Origin: Cenococcum geophilum
Lineage: Eukaryota
Direction: 5' to 3'
DNA: 64,000 nucleotides
Assembly (NCBI GenBank): GCA_050273025.1
Contig: CP158635.1
Location: forward strand, 28,272,001-28,336,000
In this document: piece after piece, positions 62,401-64,000 of the stretch
How positions within the stretch are numbered: the stretch's first letter is position 1
Layout of the letters: each line of letters starts with the position of its first letter
Program-made: the position numbers and the translations under genes
Notes under the pieces: model-generated
What the model saw: only the letters and a program-made list of their open reading frames with translations
Database searches by the model: none
Told to the model about the DNA's origin: nothing

Positions 62401-64000
62401 AAAATAGTATAAAAGACGTCCCTCCGTTACATCATATAAATAAAATCCGTTAACCTTTTAGATAGTTTTTAGGTAAAAGTTATTTTATCTTATACTACTC
62501 TAAATACAAGACTAGATAGTATTATAGATTTTATAACTTCTTAGTACGTATATATTAGGAAGGCCGCTATAAGGTTAAAGTCCTTTAGTTATTATAGAGC
62601 TCTAAGTTCTAATTGCTTTATAGCTTTACTATTAGTTTAAGGGGATAGCTTAGCAATTAAAGGTAGTATATTATTAGGTTCCGCACTTATATTAGAAATA
62701 TCTTATCTAAATATATTTAGCCCCTTAATAGTAACGGATCGGGTACTAGCTAGAATATTAATAAAAATTAATAGGGTTTATAATACCTAGGTACTTAAGT
62801 ATTTTATACCTAGAGTTTATTCTATAATATAGAGAGCAAGATATCTATTATCTATTTTCCTTCTCCTATTTTAAAGCCTTTAGTATAGTTTAGCTATTAT
62901 AACGGTCTATTAGCAGAGTTATTTTCCCCTAGCTTATATTTAATCTTAAAATTAAATTATATAAGCTTCTCTGCCTATTTAGCTTATTAAGGTATAAGCT
63001 CTTTTAGAGTTATAGAGTAGCGTAGATTATAATAATCTAAGAGTATATAAGTAGTATAGCTTGCGTGCTTAAGGTAATATCGCCACTATTTAAAGCAGTT
63101 AACTATAGCCAGTAGTTCCTTATTATAGGTATAATACCTAATTTTAGGCCCCTAGAATTTTCTATTATAGAATACTACTAGTCTTTAATAGAGCTAGGTA
63201 GCGTTTAGATATCTATTAGGTTATAATAGGATACTAATAAAAGCAAAATCTAATATATTAGTAATTATTATTAATAGCTAATTTAGGTTAAAATATCGTA
63301 GTAATAGAGCCTTTATAGACTTTATATATAGTTCTTAAAAGGCCTCCTAAATCTTTCTAGGCTATAACTATAGTTTATACTATTTAGTTAGTCCCTTTTT
63401 AGTTATCTTTCTTTTTACCTTTAAGCTTTTTACTCCTTAAACTAGGTCTTAGGAAGCTTTTATAATATAGTTAAATAGATATTAGGTAATATTTAAGTAG
63501 TTATAAATAAAGCGCCTATAGAAATTAGTAAAGCCTAAAAAGATTTAAATATCTTAATGACTCTCTAGCTCCGGCTACTCTTAGATTATTTATACCTATA
63601 CTAGGTCTATAACTATACCTATAGGCGTTATAATATAACCTAGGAATTTAACTTGCTTAGTATTAAAAATATACTTTAACGCCTTAGCGTAGAGGCCCTA
63701 ACTATCTAAACGTTCTAGCACTTTGCAGACATATTACTTATACTAATTCTTATTTTCTAAGTAAATTAGGATATTATCTAGATAGATAATATATATACGG
63801 TTAACTAGTCCCCCTACGGCCCTATAAATATATAATTAGAATATTATAGGCGTATTAGCTAGCCTAAAAGGCATTACTAAATACTTAAAGTAGCTATTTT
63901 AGGGTTTAAAAGCTGTCTTCTATTTGACCTCCTTTTTTAATATAGAGCTTATAATAGACGTGTTATAAATCTAGCTTTATAAAGATCTTCGCCCTAAATA
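59468..64000 (-). mobile_element. Ty3/Gypsy element F body (RT, RNase H, integrase, chromodomain, long 3' region); continues beyond window
   Basis: Minus strand KTAF...YLVMPFRLANTP...IYLDNILIY ~63760-63920; RNase H ~63000-63300; integrase ~61500-62300; chromodomain ERYKVKAIL...YKVKWLG...CEDILKEY ~60960-61115. Confidence 0.88.

Noticed and set aside
16000..64000. Low GC as sign of mitochondrial insertion or foreign DNA
   Set aside because: Fully explained by RIP of recognisable nuclear TEs; no tRNA, rRNA or organellar genes seen

Overview
Fungal (filamentous ascomycete-type) DNA at the border between a GC-balanced gene region (~1-4.2 kb) and a large AT-rich block of transposons destroyed by repeat-induced point mutation (RIP; pervasive CpA/TpG->TpA change and stop codons in every frame). 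The gene side holds a 3-exon SUR7/PalI-family membrane protein gene and a small membrane-protein gene on the minus strand that may carry a premature stop. Next come a stem-loop/minisatellite-rich segment split by a full-length Ty3/Gypsy element (A1), a Helitron 5' relic, a ~2 kb non-RIP island with a decayed secreted-protein pseudogene, and a hAT fragment. The last ~46 kb is a deep nest of LTR retroelements, most delimited by matching LTR pairs and 5-bp target-site duplications: Gypsy D > Gypsy E > Gypsy F > Gypsy C, with C holding Copia-like G (which holds Gypsy A2 and non-autonomous H), Copia I (which holds Gypsy J) and Gypsy K (which holds a solo LTR). The most unusual signals are (i) palindrome+CCAAT modules shared by the 3' ends/LTRs of different Gypsy and Copia families, (ii) an array of AGAC...GTCT stem-loops either side of A1, (iii) extra sequence in Gypsy F and K, and (iv) a pol-less Copia-derived pair. 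All protein calls in RIP-affected DNA rest on motif recognition after mentally reverting RIP changes; no database search was run.
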